A stretch of 63,224 nt of DNA, the filler included, from an uncultured bacterium (GTDB lineage Bacteria > Hinthialibacterota > Hinthialibacteria > Hinthialibacterales > Hinthialibacteraceae), in the NCBI GenBank assembly GCA_964449065.1. It is 14 parts of 14 records of this genome, joined end to end, with 100 filler letters (N's around TTAATTAATTAA, not from the genome) between each part and the next. Parts side by side here need not be neighbours in the genome. Positions count along the whole stretch, not along the records: positions 50,060 to 54,381 come from CAYVAZ010000386.1; positions 54,482 to 58,803 come from CAYVAZ010000387.1; positions 58,904 to 63,224 come from CAYVAZ010000388.1; 11 more parts are not named here. One strand, written 5' to 3'. The translations under genes and the position numbers were made by a program. The notes under the pieces were generated by a model that saw nothing but the letters and a program-made list of their open reading frames with translations, made no database searches and was not told where the DNA came from. Below, one piece after another: positions 50,397-58,980 of this stretch (within the stretch, counting starts at the first letter, position 1; each line of letters begins with the position of its first letter).

Positions 50397-51077
50397 TTAC
50401 TTTGCCGCAGCCACAACAAATCCCATATCCGCCATGGTTTGCAGATGTTTATCGGGATCGGCTTCAAATCCCGCTTTGCAGGCGGCACAGCACAAGTTGA
50501 CTTCTTTGCCTTTGTACACCAGTGAGGTAGAGCCGTCAGCCGCATGGCCCGAAAGCGGGCAGACCGTTTGTGCCATGGTGATGATGGCTGCCGGAGCGGT
50601 TTTGGCTTCGTTCATTTTCGCGGTAACTTTAGCCGGGTCTTCTTTGTAAGCTGCCACACAGTTGTTGCAGCAGAATTTCACCAGCACGTTGTCTTTCACG
50701 GCCCATGCGCCTTCAGCTACATCTTTCCCGGAAAGCGGGCATTTTGTGTTTTTGGTGTACCCTTCAGCTAACATCGGTTCCTGGCCGGCTTGACGCATTT
50801 TCAGCAACGCGGTCAGCGGGTCTTTTTCCACCTTCGCCGCGCAATTATCACAGCAGGTACCGATCATATAGCCCATATACACATGACCTTTGCCTTCAGC
50901 AACATCGGCTCCGGAAATCGGGCACTTGGTTTGCGCTTCACGCGCTTTCATGGCTTCCAGTTCCTTACCAATAATCTCTTTGACTTTTGCGTTATCGACT
51001 TTTTCTGATGTCATTACGGGTAGTGCGATACACATAGCGATCATTACAGCAACAGCGGTTATCCATTTTGTTTTCAT
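50397..51077 (-). CDS. Secreted protein with three YHS/TRASH-like metal-binding repeats
   Basis: Three copies of CP(I/L)SG...CCxxC....DP, plus a signal peptide. Confidence 0.82.
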   Translation of the reverse strand: MKTKWITAVAVMIAMCIALPVMTSEKVDNAKVKEIIGKELEAMKAREAQTKCPISGADVAEGKGHVYMGYMIGTCCDNCAAKVEKDPLTALLKMRQAGQEPMLAEGYTKNTKCPLSGKDVAEGAWAVKDNVLVKFCCNNCVAAYKEDPAKVTAKMNEAKTAPAAIITMAQTVCPLSGHAADGSTSLVYKGKEVNLCCAACKAGFEADPDKHLQTMADMGFVVAAAK

Positions 51078-51271
51078 AGTCTTTCTCCTTAATGTTGATT
51101 GGTTTGATACATTAACCAAAGTATAAATGACTATGCTTGGGAATACAAGCTAAATGGAGGTTTGGAAAATGGTTTCGTTGAATACATCTTTTCACAAATT
51201 CGCTGTCATACAGTTTGTTAGAAACGTGTGAAACTCCTATACTTATATCCAAGATACTTGGGAGGATTTTC

Positions 51272-51832
51272 ATGTACCGAAACAAAGCGTTTACCTTGAT
51301 TGAACTCTTGATTGTCGTTGCAATTATCGGCATATTGGCGGCGATTGCCGTCCCCAATTTTTTGAACGCCCAGATTAAAGCAAAAGTCTCTCGTGTGCAG
51401 GGCGATTTGCGGGCGATGAAGACCGCGATTGAGATGTACCGCTTGGATGAAGGCGGTTACCCGATTGCCTGTACGCTCGAAAGCGTTGGCGGTATTCAAT
51501 TTCGCGCGGGTGAGATTTTTGAGCCGGTGGCCTATGCCAGTGTTCCCGCTGTAGACCCGTTTAATACCCAAGAAGGCAGCCGCACCAGTTCCTTTGCCGC
51601 GAATGAGTATTTTTACCTGCACCGCGATCCGGCGGAAATCTGTGCCTGGCCCGGCCAGCGGGTCGAGTGGACTGTCGAAAACTCGGACGGCGCGCCGAAA
51701 CAATCACAATACGTCATGGCCAGCCAGGGGCCGGATAACCTATCGGAAATCCAAGATTCACGGGTTTCCCCCATCTACGACATCACCAACGGCCTCATCA
51801 GCCAGGGCGATATTATCGTGTTCGGCCCGTAA
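51272..51832 (+). CDS. Prepilin-type N-terminal cleavage/methylation domain protein
   Basis: A|FTLIELLIVVAIIGILAAIAVPNFLNAQ...GPD...YDITNGLISQGDI. GGAGG RBS. Confidence 0.92.
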   Translation: MYRNKAFTLIELLIVVAIIGILAAIAVPNFLNAQIKAKVSRVQGDLRAMKTAIEMYRLDEGGYPIACTLESVGGIQFRAGEIFEPVAYASVPAVDPFNTQEGSRTSSFAANEYFYLHRDPAEICAWPGQRVEWTVENSDGAPKQSQYVMASQGPDNLSEIQDSRVSPIYDITNGLISQGDIIVFGP

Positions 51833-52006
51833 ATGAAAACAGGCCAATAAACTCCATCCGCTACCATTGATCAACAGTTAATGTAGCCGCCTTGTCACAG
51901 TGGAAATATCACATTTTGAGCAAGAGATAGACGAGAGGGTGTTTGCGATATATGGTTTAACGCGGGATGAGATAGTGTTGGTGGAAGAATATGCAAATAA
52001 AATTCC

Positions 52007-52285
52007 ATGATGAGTGACGAAGATTTGAGGTATACTCTTTCAAAACATGCACAAGAAGAAATGATTCGCAGAGCGATACCGTCTTCACTGGTAGAAGAGG
52101 TGCTGGCAAATCCACAGCAAACTCTGGTAGTGCGGAATGACAAAAAGATTTTTCAATCACAGATTTTGTTTGACAATGATAAACTCTATCTGGTAAGATT
52201 TGTCGTAAATGTCCAGGTGAAACCCGTGAAAGTAATTACCGTGTACAGAACCAAGAAAATCAATAAATATTGGAGTCAACCATGA
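52007..52285 (+). CDS. DUF4258-family putative toxin (RelE-like fold)
   Basis: SKHAQEEM.RRAI....VEEVL.NP...VITVYRT.KI.KYW. Confidence 0.85.
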   Translation: MMSDEDLRYTLSKHAQEEMIRRAIPSSLVEEVLANPQQTLVVRNDKKIFQSQILFDNDKLYLVRFVVNVQVKPVKVITVYRTKKINKYWSQP

Positions 52286-52479
52286 AAATCACGTATGATT
52301 CTGAAGTGGATGTTTTGCGGCTCCTGTTTACTCATACTCCCATTGAAGAAAGCGATGAAGACAAGCCGGGGGTCATTATCGATTATGATGCGGTTGGAAA
52401 CATTGTCGGTTTGGAAATATTGGATGCCTCCCAGAGAATGGAAAATCCGCGTTCGGTTGAATATGCGGTGAATGATTAA
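52282..52479 (+). CDS. DUF2283-family putative antitoxin
   Basis: MKITYDSEVDVL...ESDEDKPGVIIDYD..GNIVGLEILDAS. ATGA overlap. Confidence 0.9.
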   Translation: MKITYDSEVDVLRLLFTHTPIEESDEDKPGVIIDYDAVGNIVGLEILDASQRMENPRSVEYAVND

Positions 52480-52820
52480 ATCAAGCGGGTATACCGCCTT
52501 TGACTGGGTGACAAGGGCTCGTATTATCTCCCCTTGCCGATCATCTTTCATCCATCGTTTCGTCTATCAACCATCCCATTGAAGCGCTTAAAAATGGAAG
52601 CGCCGTTAGCAAGCGAAAAGAATACGAAAACGATTTCATTCTCAACAACTACATCGTGCGTCAAATGTCCCCGGCGACACGCAGGCGCATCACAAAGGCA
52701 GACTTCGCTTGCCTTTACCGCCCGGCACATGCCAATAGAGCATTTCAGATTTCAATAGCGGGGAGCATCGGCTTCTAGCAGGTAAATGTATGTGCATTTT
52801 AGATCTCTTTGCAAACTTGA

Positions 52821-52931
52821 ATTGCTCAAAGCCCCAGCATCTTGGTAATCCAACACCAGCGGATTCTCCCTATCTACGACATCACCAACGGCCTCATCAG
52901 CCAGGGCGATATCATTGTCTTCGGCCCGTAA
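52821..52931 (+). pseudogene. Start-less 3' fragment of a prepilin gene
   Basis: IAQSPSILVIQHQRILPIYDITNGLISQGDIIVFGP*, preceded by an in-frame TGA at 52818. Confidence 0.8.
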
Positions 52932-53024
52932 GACAAAACAGGCCAACAAATTCCATCCGCTACCATTGTTCAACGGTTAAATTAAATGCCTTGTCGCTGG
53001 ATTGCGTATTTCTTTCGAAGTTGG

Positions 53025-53813
53025 TCACTCATTCCGCTCGAAGTCGACCGCCCATTCCGGTTGAATCCGTCCATTACGTTTTGCCGCTTCGTTATGTATG
53101 TTAGTAGCTTCTTTTTGCAGACTGACAAAATCTTCCTGTAATAACAATCGGGTTATTTCACATAGAGCAATATAAAATGTGCTTGTCGTGTTCGATTGAA
53201 CCTTCTCTACCAACGGGTCTATCCATTTTGTGAGATGGGTTTCAAGAAAGCCCAATTGGGTATCTTGAATCTTAAAAATCAACTCGTGATCTCCGTTGGT
53301 TTCCGCTTCTAACTCTTTTTCACAGAGGTGAGCCATGAAACGGATCTCAATGCCGATATGATCGGGCATTTCTTTGACACTGCCTGAAAGTTCCATACCG
53401 GCTTGACGATACCATTTTTTGACATCAATTGCGGAAGGCCCCATCAAAAGTCCCGATACTTTTTTGTTGCCCAACATTCTTTCATCTAAAAAGACCGACT
53501 CATAAGGAGCCACATATCCACCAACCGGAACAACGAACAGATTGTTGTATTCACGGGTTAACGTGTCTGCATCCGTGACGCGGCAGGCGTCAATAAAATC
53601 AGCCAACGCCTGATCGAGCGTTTCGCGGCTTTCGCCTTTAACACGATTTCCGTACTCGCTCAGGATGCTTTGCAACAAAGAATAAGTAGGAGGCTCAAGA
53701 AACAAACTCGAAAGAAGCGAGTAAATATTCTTGCGGGCCTCCACAATTCGCGTGTTCATATCGTTTGCCTTCATTTCGTTATGATTGCAAAAAAAATTAT
53801 TTTTGCAAAACAA
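53025..53813 (-). CDS. TorD/DmsD-family molybdoenzyme chaperone (start uncertain)
   Basis: EYNNLF, APYESVF, EMPDHIGIE..FM..L, FLETHL.KW. Confidence 0.9.
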   Translation of the reverse strand: MFCKNNFFCNHNEMKANDMNTRIVEARKNIYSLLSSLFLEPPTYSLLQSILSEYGNRVKGESRETLDQALADFIDACRVTDADTLTREYNNLFVVPVGGYVAPYESVFLDERMLGNKKVSGLLMGPSAIDVKKWYRQAGMELSGSVKEMPDHIGIEIRFMAHLCEKELEAETNGDHELIFKIQDTQLGFLETHLTKWIDPLVEKVQSNTTSTFYIALCEITRLLLQEDFVSLQKEATNIHNEAAKRNGRIQPEWAVDFERNE

Positions 53814-54321
53814 ACCCGATTGATGGTTCGGTCAATTTGGGGTTTGCAAAACCTTCTGGATGCTCCGTGTCCGCAACAAAATTATTGACCATCTCGATCG
53901 CTTCCCCAACACATGTTGTTTTGCATGCGGGTTCAAGGCCGGCGTCGATGCGGTGAACACAAAACGTACATTTTTCCATTTTTTGCGATTCATCGTTGAA
54001 CCGCGGCGCTCCATACGGGCATACAAATGCGCAGTACTGGCATCCCACACATTTTTCCTGATCGATCAATACGATTCCATCGCTCTCCCGTTTTGAAATG
54101 GCTTGGACCGGACATGCTTTCAGGCATGCTGGTTTCGCGCAATGATTGCAAGTAGTTGTGATAAATTCACGCCTGACATTGGGGAACACGCCGCTTTCCT
54201 TGAAAACCACGGTCCGGTAATCAACACCAATTGATGTATTGAGTTCAGATTTACATGCAACGGTGCACGAGTGGCAGCCGATACATTTATTGATGTCTAT
54301 TCTCCAGCCTCGTTGAGCCAT
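53797..54321 (-). CDS. 4Fe-4S dicluster subunit (DmsB/NrfC-like)
   Basis: CIGCHSCTVAC, CNHCAKPACLKACP, CVGCQYCAFVCPY, KCTFC...PAC..TC. Confidence 0.95.
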   Translation of the reverse strand: MAQRGWRIDINKCIGCHSCTVACKSELNTSIGVDYRTVVFKESGVFPNVRREFITTTCNHCAKPACLKACPVQAISKRESDGIVLIDQEKCVGCQYCAFVCPYGAPRFNDESQKMEKCTFCVHRIDAGLEPACKTTCVGEAIEMVNNFVADTEHPEGFANPKLTEPSIGFVLQK

Positions 54322-54334
54322 GATCATTCCTCCC

Positions 54335-54381
54335 TTACGATTTCACAACTTCGACGTTGGTATTTGAAAACGAGCAACTGC
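54335..54381 (-). CDS. C-terminal end of the upstream gene, probably the molybdopterin catalytic subunit (partial)
   Basis: ...SFSNTNVEVVKS*, followed by the GGGAGG RBS of the Fe-S gene. Identity inferred from operon context. Confidence 0.5.
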
Positions 54382-54553
54382 NNNNNNNNNNNNNNNNNNN
54401 NNNNNNNNNNNNNNNNNNNNNNNNNTTAATTAATTAANNNNNNNNNNNNNNNNNNNNNNNNNNNNNNNNNNNNNNNNNNNNATGCTGGCTTTGAGTTTTT
54501 TGACGGCTGTAACTTTCATTAATATCCCTCTCGTATGGTTACATGAATTCTAT

Positions 54554-55318
54554 TTATTCTATTTCAATCGACACCGGACAATGATCCGATCCCTCCACGT
54601 GGGGATGTATTTTAGCTGCTTTCAAGATTGAGCGAAGTTCCGGCGAAATGCAAAAGTAATCGATTCTCCAACCAATGTTTTTTTCCCGCGCGCGGCCGCG
54701 AAAACTCCACCACGAATAATGACCGCCCTCTTTGGTGAATTCACGAAAGGTGTCGACGAATCCCTTCTTCACGATCGTATCGAATCCGGCCCGTTCTTCC
54801 GGCGTAAATCCTGCATTGTTTACATTGGCTTTTGGTCTGGCCAGATCGATTTCTTTGTGCGCGACATTAAGATCGCCGCAAAAGATGACCGGCTTTTTCG
54901 TTTCCAATTTCTTCACATAGTTCAAAAATACTTTATCCCACTCTTGGCGGTAGGGCAGGCGCACCAGTTCATTGCCCGCGTTGGGCGTATAAACCGTGAC
55001 CAGATAATATTCTTCATACTCAACGGTAATCACCCGGCCTTCGTTATCATAATCCGCTTTATCCATCCCCAGTTTGATATCCAGCGGTTTGCGTTTGGAA
55101 AGAATTCCCGTGCCGGAATATCCCTTCTTATCCGCGGGATTCCAAACCATTTCATATCCTGGCAAATCGAGATGGAATTGACCGGGCAGGGCACGAACTT
55201 CTTGCAGGCACAACACATCCGGCCGAAACTCATGTATATATTTTTTGAAATGATCTTCTTCTTTTTTTAAAATGGCACGGATACCGTTTACATTCCACGA
55301 AGCAAATTGAAGAGGCAT
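54554..55318 (-). CDS. xth: Exodeoxyribonuclease III (AP endonuclease)
   Basis: SWNVNGIRA, LCLQE, KKGYSG, YTPN, GDLNVAH, GWRIDY, GSDHCPV. Confidence 0.96.
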   Translation of the reverse strand: MPLQFASWNVNGIRAILKKEEDHFKKYIHEFRPDVLCLQEVRALPGQFHLDLPGYEMVWNPADKKGYSGTGILSKRKPLDIKLGMDKADYDNEGRVITVEYEEYYLVTVYTPNAGNELVRLPYRQEWDKVFLNYVKKLETKKPVIFCGDLNVAHKEIDLARPKANVNNAGFTPEERAGFDTIVKKGFVDTFREFTKEGGHYSWWSFRGRAREKNIGWRIDYFCISPELRSILKAAKIHPHVEGSDHCPVSIEIE

Positions 55319-55711
55319 ATTCTCTTTCTCAATTCCGGTTGATTTAAAGAATAATTGAATTTTGGTATGTTTTGGAATGTTGTGAAGGAGAAGCCCATAA
55401 AAAAGATAGAGACAACTTTCAAGCCTTTGCTCATCTTTTCAACCATATTCATTTGAACATATTCTTTAGTATAGCGGCCACTTGTCTATCGGCACATCCG
55501 TACCGGCAATTGGTTCCGCCATAAGGTTTTGCGAGAATAGATCTTTCGTGAACAGCCGGCGAAAAACGGGTGACAAATGAATCTGACCAAATCATCAACG
55601 TTCCGCATTCGTTTTATTTCCGATTCCAAACGCGCTTAACGAACCCGGTTTCTTTTACCACATAATCCGAAATGATACGTTGGCAGTCTATAATCAATCA
55701 ATAAATTGAAC

Positions 55712-55744
55712 AAAAAGCGGCAAGGGCAATAGGCTTGCCCTTGC
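55712..55744 (-). terminator. Intrinsic terminator of the B12-regulated gene
   Basis: Minus strand GCAAGGGCAA-GCCTA-TTGCCCTTGC-CGCTTTTT. Confidence 0.7.
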
Positions 55745-55760
55745 AGTTATCTTACGTTTC

Positions 55761-56627
55761 CTATTGATACATTTCAAATAGTTCAACATTCGAAGTTTGC
55801 CCCAACACTTCAAAACGTGAAATCGGCGGTTGTTCGGTGCCGAAGGTGGAGAAGAAAAAACCGGCAACATCACTGTCGCGTAGGATGGCATCACCAATGC
55901 CCACCTCCGAGAAAGTCCATTCATCGTTTGGGGTAAGGATGTTGAATCCCCAAAAACGGCCCAGCGGGTCGCCAAAGCAGTCGCTTTCCGGCTGGCCTTC
56001 TCCGTCAAGCGAGCAGAGCGCGGGGCCGAAGGATGTATCGGAAATGGTGACTTCCAATCCGCTTTTTTGCAGCAGCTGCGTTCCGGTGATGGTTTCGCCG
56101 GGAAAATCTACCGTAACAACTTTGCGTTCACCATCGCTGTGGTCAATTACAATTCCCGCGGTGCTGGTGAATCCGCAGACATCGTCATATGTCATCGGCG
56201 GCAATCCGTTTTCGCCAAATGCTCCGAAGTCGAATCCGACCAATGAGCCGTCCGAAACTGTGGCATCTCCAATGCCGGCCATCGATGATTCCCACTCCAC
56301 TCCATTGTGCTGAAAGAATTCCCAAAACCAACCAAGCGGGTGGCCGAAGCAGTTGTTGGCATCACCGACACCATCATCGTGCAAAAAGCAGAGTGCTTTC
56401 CCAAAGTCTGTATCCGCGATGACGACTTTGAATCCCGACCGTACCAAAAGCTCATCCACGGTAATTTCCGCCTCGGAAAATTCCACGCAGCGGGTGATAA
56501 TCTCTCCGGTGGAGTTTTGTACCACGATTCCGGCCGTGTTTTGCGTGAATCCCTGCATGGATATGCTGATAAGGCATACCCATGCTCCTACGAATTTTGC
56601 TGCTGTGCTTACTACGGTGTTCTTCAT
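55761..56627 (-). CDS. Secreted protein with two DUF4430/transcobalamin-like beta-grasp domains, a putative cobalamin binder
   Basis: Two copies of AGIV......GE.....V.F....IT...LL..SG..V...DT.FG.ALC....G....CFG.PLG.FW. Lies directly downstream of the riboswitch. Confidence 0.75.
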   Translation of the reverse strand: MKNTVVSTAAKFVGAWVCLISISMQGFTQNTAGIVVQNSTGEIITRCVEFSEAEITVDELLVRSGFKVVIADTDFGKALCFLHDDGVGDANNCFGHPLGWFWEFFQHNGVEWESSMAGIGDATVSDGSLVGFDFGAFGENGLPPMTYDDVCGFTSTAGIVIDHSDGERKVVTVDFPGETITGTQLLQKSGLEVTISDTSFGPALCSLDGEGQPESDCFGDPLGRFWGFNILTPNDEWTFSEVGIGDAILRDSDVAGFFFSTFGTEQPPISRFEVLGQTSNVELFEMYQ

Positions 56628-56778
56628 GTGATCCTCTCCTTGAATAGTTTGAGAGGACAGAAAAAGACTTGCATTAGGGCAGGGAACAAACGCATGCCGC
56701 CTTTTGTGGGATGGAAAGGCATCCGTGTTCCATTACTCATGTGCGCAACTTCTCTATCCTCGAAGAAGTAGACACAAA

Positions 56779-56975
56779 CACTTTGAGGCAGGTTTCCTGA
56801 CTTACAGCCGTTATCTTCTTGCCCTTCCCGAAGTTTTCGGTGGGTTGGTTCCTCAGGGTGAGTTCCCATCAAGAAGCGTGACTGATCACAGTGGCGGGTC
56901 CGTGCCGGATTTTCACCGGCTTCCCTTTTCTTCACATGAACGTTTTGGGATTCATGTAAACACCGCAAAGTTGTG
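56779..56975 (-). ncRNA. Cobalamin riboswitch
   Basis: Minus strand GGTG...AAAAGGGAAGCCGGTGAAAATCCGGCACGGACCCGCCACTGTGA...GGGAAGG...AAGTCAGGAAACCTGCC (B12 box). Confidence 0.93.
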
Positions 56976-57015
56976 TTCTGGATTTAAAATAGTGGAGAAC
57001 GAATAGTTGGTCAAG

Positions 57016-57207
57016 TCAGTGAGACAGGTTTTGCCGTTTTCTTTGGGGGACGATATTTTCCATAATGTATTCACGTTCGGCTTGCGTCTTCATTCCCCAT
57101 GCCATGATTTCATTCAGTGTTCGATGGCAGCCGTTGCAGTATCCGGTTTGAGAGTTCATCTCACATTTGCCGGTGCAGGGAGTCAGTATTTCTTCCTCAT
57201 TCATCAT
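57016..57207 (-). CDS. DUF1289 small Cys-rich (Fe-S) protein
   Basis: TPCTGKC......YCNGCHRTLNEIMAW. Confidence 0.88.
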   Translation of the reverse strand: MMNEEEILTPCTGKCEMNSQTGYCNGCHRTLNEIMAWGMKTQAEREYIMENIVPQRKRQNLSH

Positions 57208-57243
57208 TTTCCGTTCCTCTTCTGATTGAGCGTATGACGGATT

Positions 57244-57567
57244 CTATTCTAGCATCATTTTCATGGCACGGGAAAAAAAACTCCACTGCCGTTTGCTTTC
57301 TTCGAGTGTCTTTTCTCCCTTTGCGGAAAGAGAATAAACCCGTACATCCGGCTTGTTATCCCGCTGCTGGATTTCGGATGTGATAAGACCCTCCTTCTCC
57401 AACTTATGCAGGGTAGGGTAGAGCGTTCCTTCCGTCAAGGAAAAAACTTCCATTGATTTTTCTTCCACTTGTTTCTTCATTGCATACGCATGGCAGGGCT
57501 GATCTTTCAGTGCCGCCAGCACGATAACTTTCAAATGTCCTTTAAGCAACTCGCGGTCAAATTTCAT
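57244..57567 (-). CDS. PadR-family transcriptional regulator
   Basis: LLKGHL, EGTLYPTLHKLEKEGLI, YSLSAKG. Confidence 0.93.
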   Translation of the reverse strand: MKFDRELLKGHLKVIVLAALKDQPCHAYAMKKQVEEKSMEVFSLTEGTLYPTLHKLEKEGLITSEIQQRDNKPDVRVYSLSAKGEKTLEESKRQWSFFSRAMKMMLE

Positions 57568-58980
57568 TTAAAACCCTCAAAAAACCCAGTATATATGCAC
57601 CTTATAATATAAGGGTATATATTGCAAGGGGTAAAATAGAAAAGAAATCATTTCTCGAATAAGCGGTTCGTTCTAAGTAACTGTTGTAGGAGGGGATTAA
57701 GGTTATTGGATAGGAATCACTGGTTTATGAGGGTGTTTTTTAAAGGGATACTCACCTTTTCTTTGAAGGTGCCGAATAACTCTTTATGGCAAACGCCAGT
57801 AGTCTGACAAAGTCCTAATGCCGAGTTGAATTGGGTGGGCTAGGCTCCCGCCGAGCCACAGGGTTTTCACCTTACCCACCGCACTTTTTGCCTGTCTTTG
57901 GACTAGAGTAGGTTCCAGAAGTCTGTCTTAAGAAGCAAATTCCCGGAAATCGTTGCAGAAAGTATTTCATTATAGTGAACATATGATCATCTATATCTTT
58001 TAAGATTTACTGCTTTTGAGCGGTATAGTTTTAGTAGTGTAGGGAGAAGAGAGAGGGGATGTGATGCTGCTAGCGTTATCCCCTTCTTAAAGTAAAGTGT
58101 TAACCTAGCTTAATGTAATTTAAATATTTGTATTATATGGATTTATGTACATGTATCTTTCAAATATAGAAACTGCTTTAAGTTATTGTGTTTAAACTAA
58201 CATATAGACGTATCAGTTGGATACGAAAGTTTATTTTTAAGTTTAAGTTTTGAGAAATTTTTGTTTAAAGCAGTGTGGGGAAAAAAGAATACTACGTTCA
58301 ATTTAATAATGTTATAATATTTTTGTGGGCAGTTTTAAATGAGTATCCTATCGTTCTGGAATAGTGTTTTGACGTTTTATATGTTTCAATGAATATTTTG
58401 ACTATTCCATATAATTCATAATTATCTATACAATATTATTACTTAAATAACTGATAATAATAAACTTATTTGTTAACATAAAATTATATTGTTATAACAA
58501 AATATCAATATACATCTGCGTGCTTTATTGGAAATAGATAATGTTATTATAATGATATAATGATATAAATTGATTGATTATAATTGTTTTTAAAGTCGAT
58601 AATACTTCTTTTTGAAACGCTATTTCTACGAAGCAATTAGCCTGTTCATCCGTTTTCTTAAAGATAGTTAAACGAATATAAAAGGGATTTTTGAATATCA
58701 ACTTACAGAAAATTTGAAGTGAGTTATGGGGTATTTTGGTAATTTTATTAACTGACGTTACGCAAAATTCTATACGGTAGGTATTGTTGCGAGCTTCAAA
58801 CCCNNNNNNNNNNNNNNNNNNNNNNNNNNNNNNNNNNNNNNNNNNNNTTAATTAATTAANNNNNNNNNNNNNNNNNNNNNNNNNNNNNNNNNNNNNNNNN
58901 NNNAAGGGGGGCTAGGGGGGATCGATACCCGTCAATAAAACGTTGACACTGTACTAGAATAATAATCTTCATGTAAATTT

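Noticed and set aside
51773..52980. DGR template/variable repeat pair (also considered for 46487/47333 and the FGE-sulfatase domain at 1-490)
   Set aside because: Mismatches are not adenine-specific, coding changes are synonymous, and no reverse transcriptase is visible.
57600..58803. Replication origin
   Set aside because: AT-rich, but I found no cluster of TTATCCACA DnaA boxes and no dnaA/dnaN context.
4556..58903. Regularly spaced TTAATTAATTAA motif about every 4.5 kb, and apparent gene neighbourhoods across it
   Set aside because: Artificial linker. Adjacency across linkers has no biological meaning, and ORFs containing X runs are artefacts.
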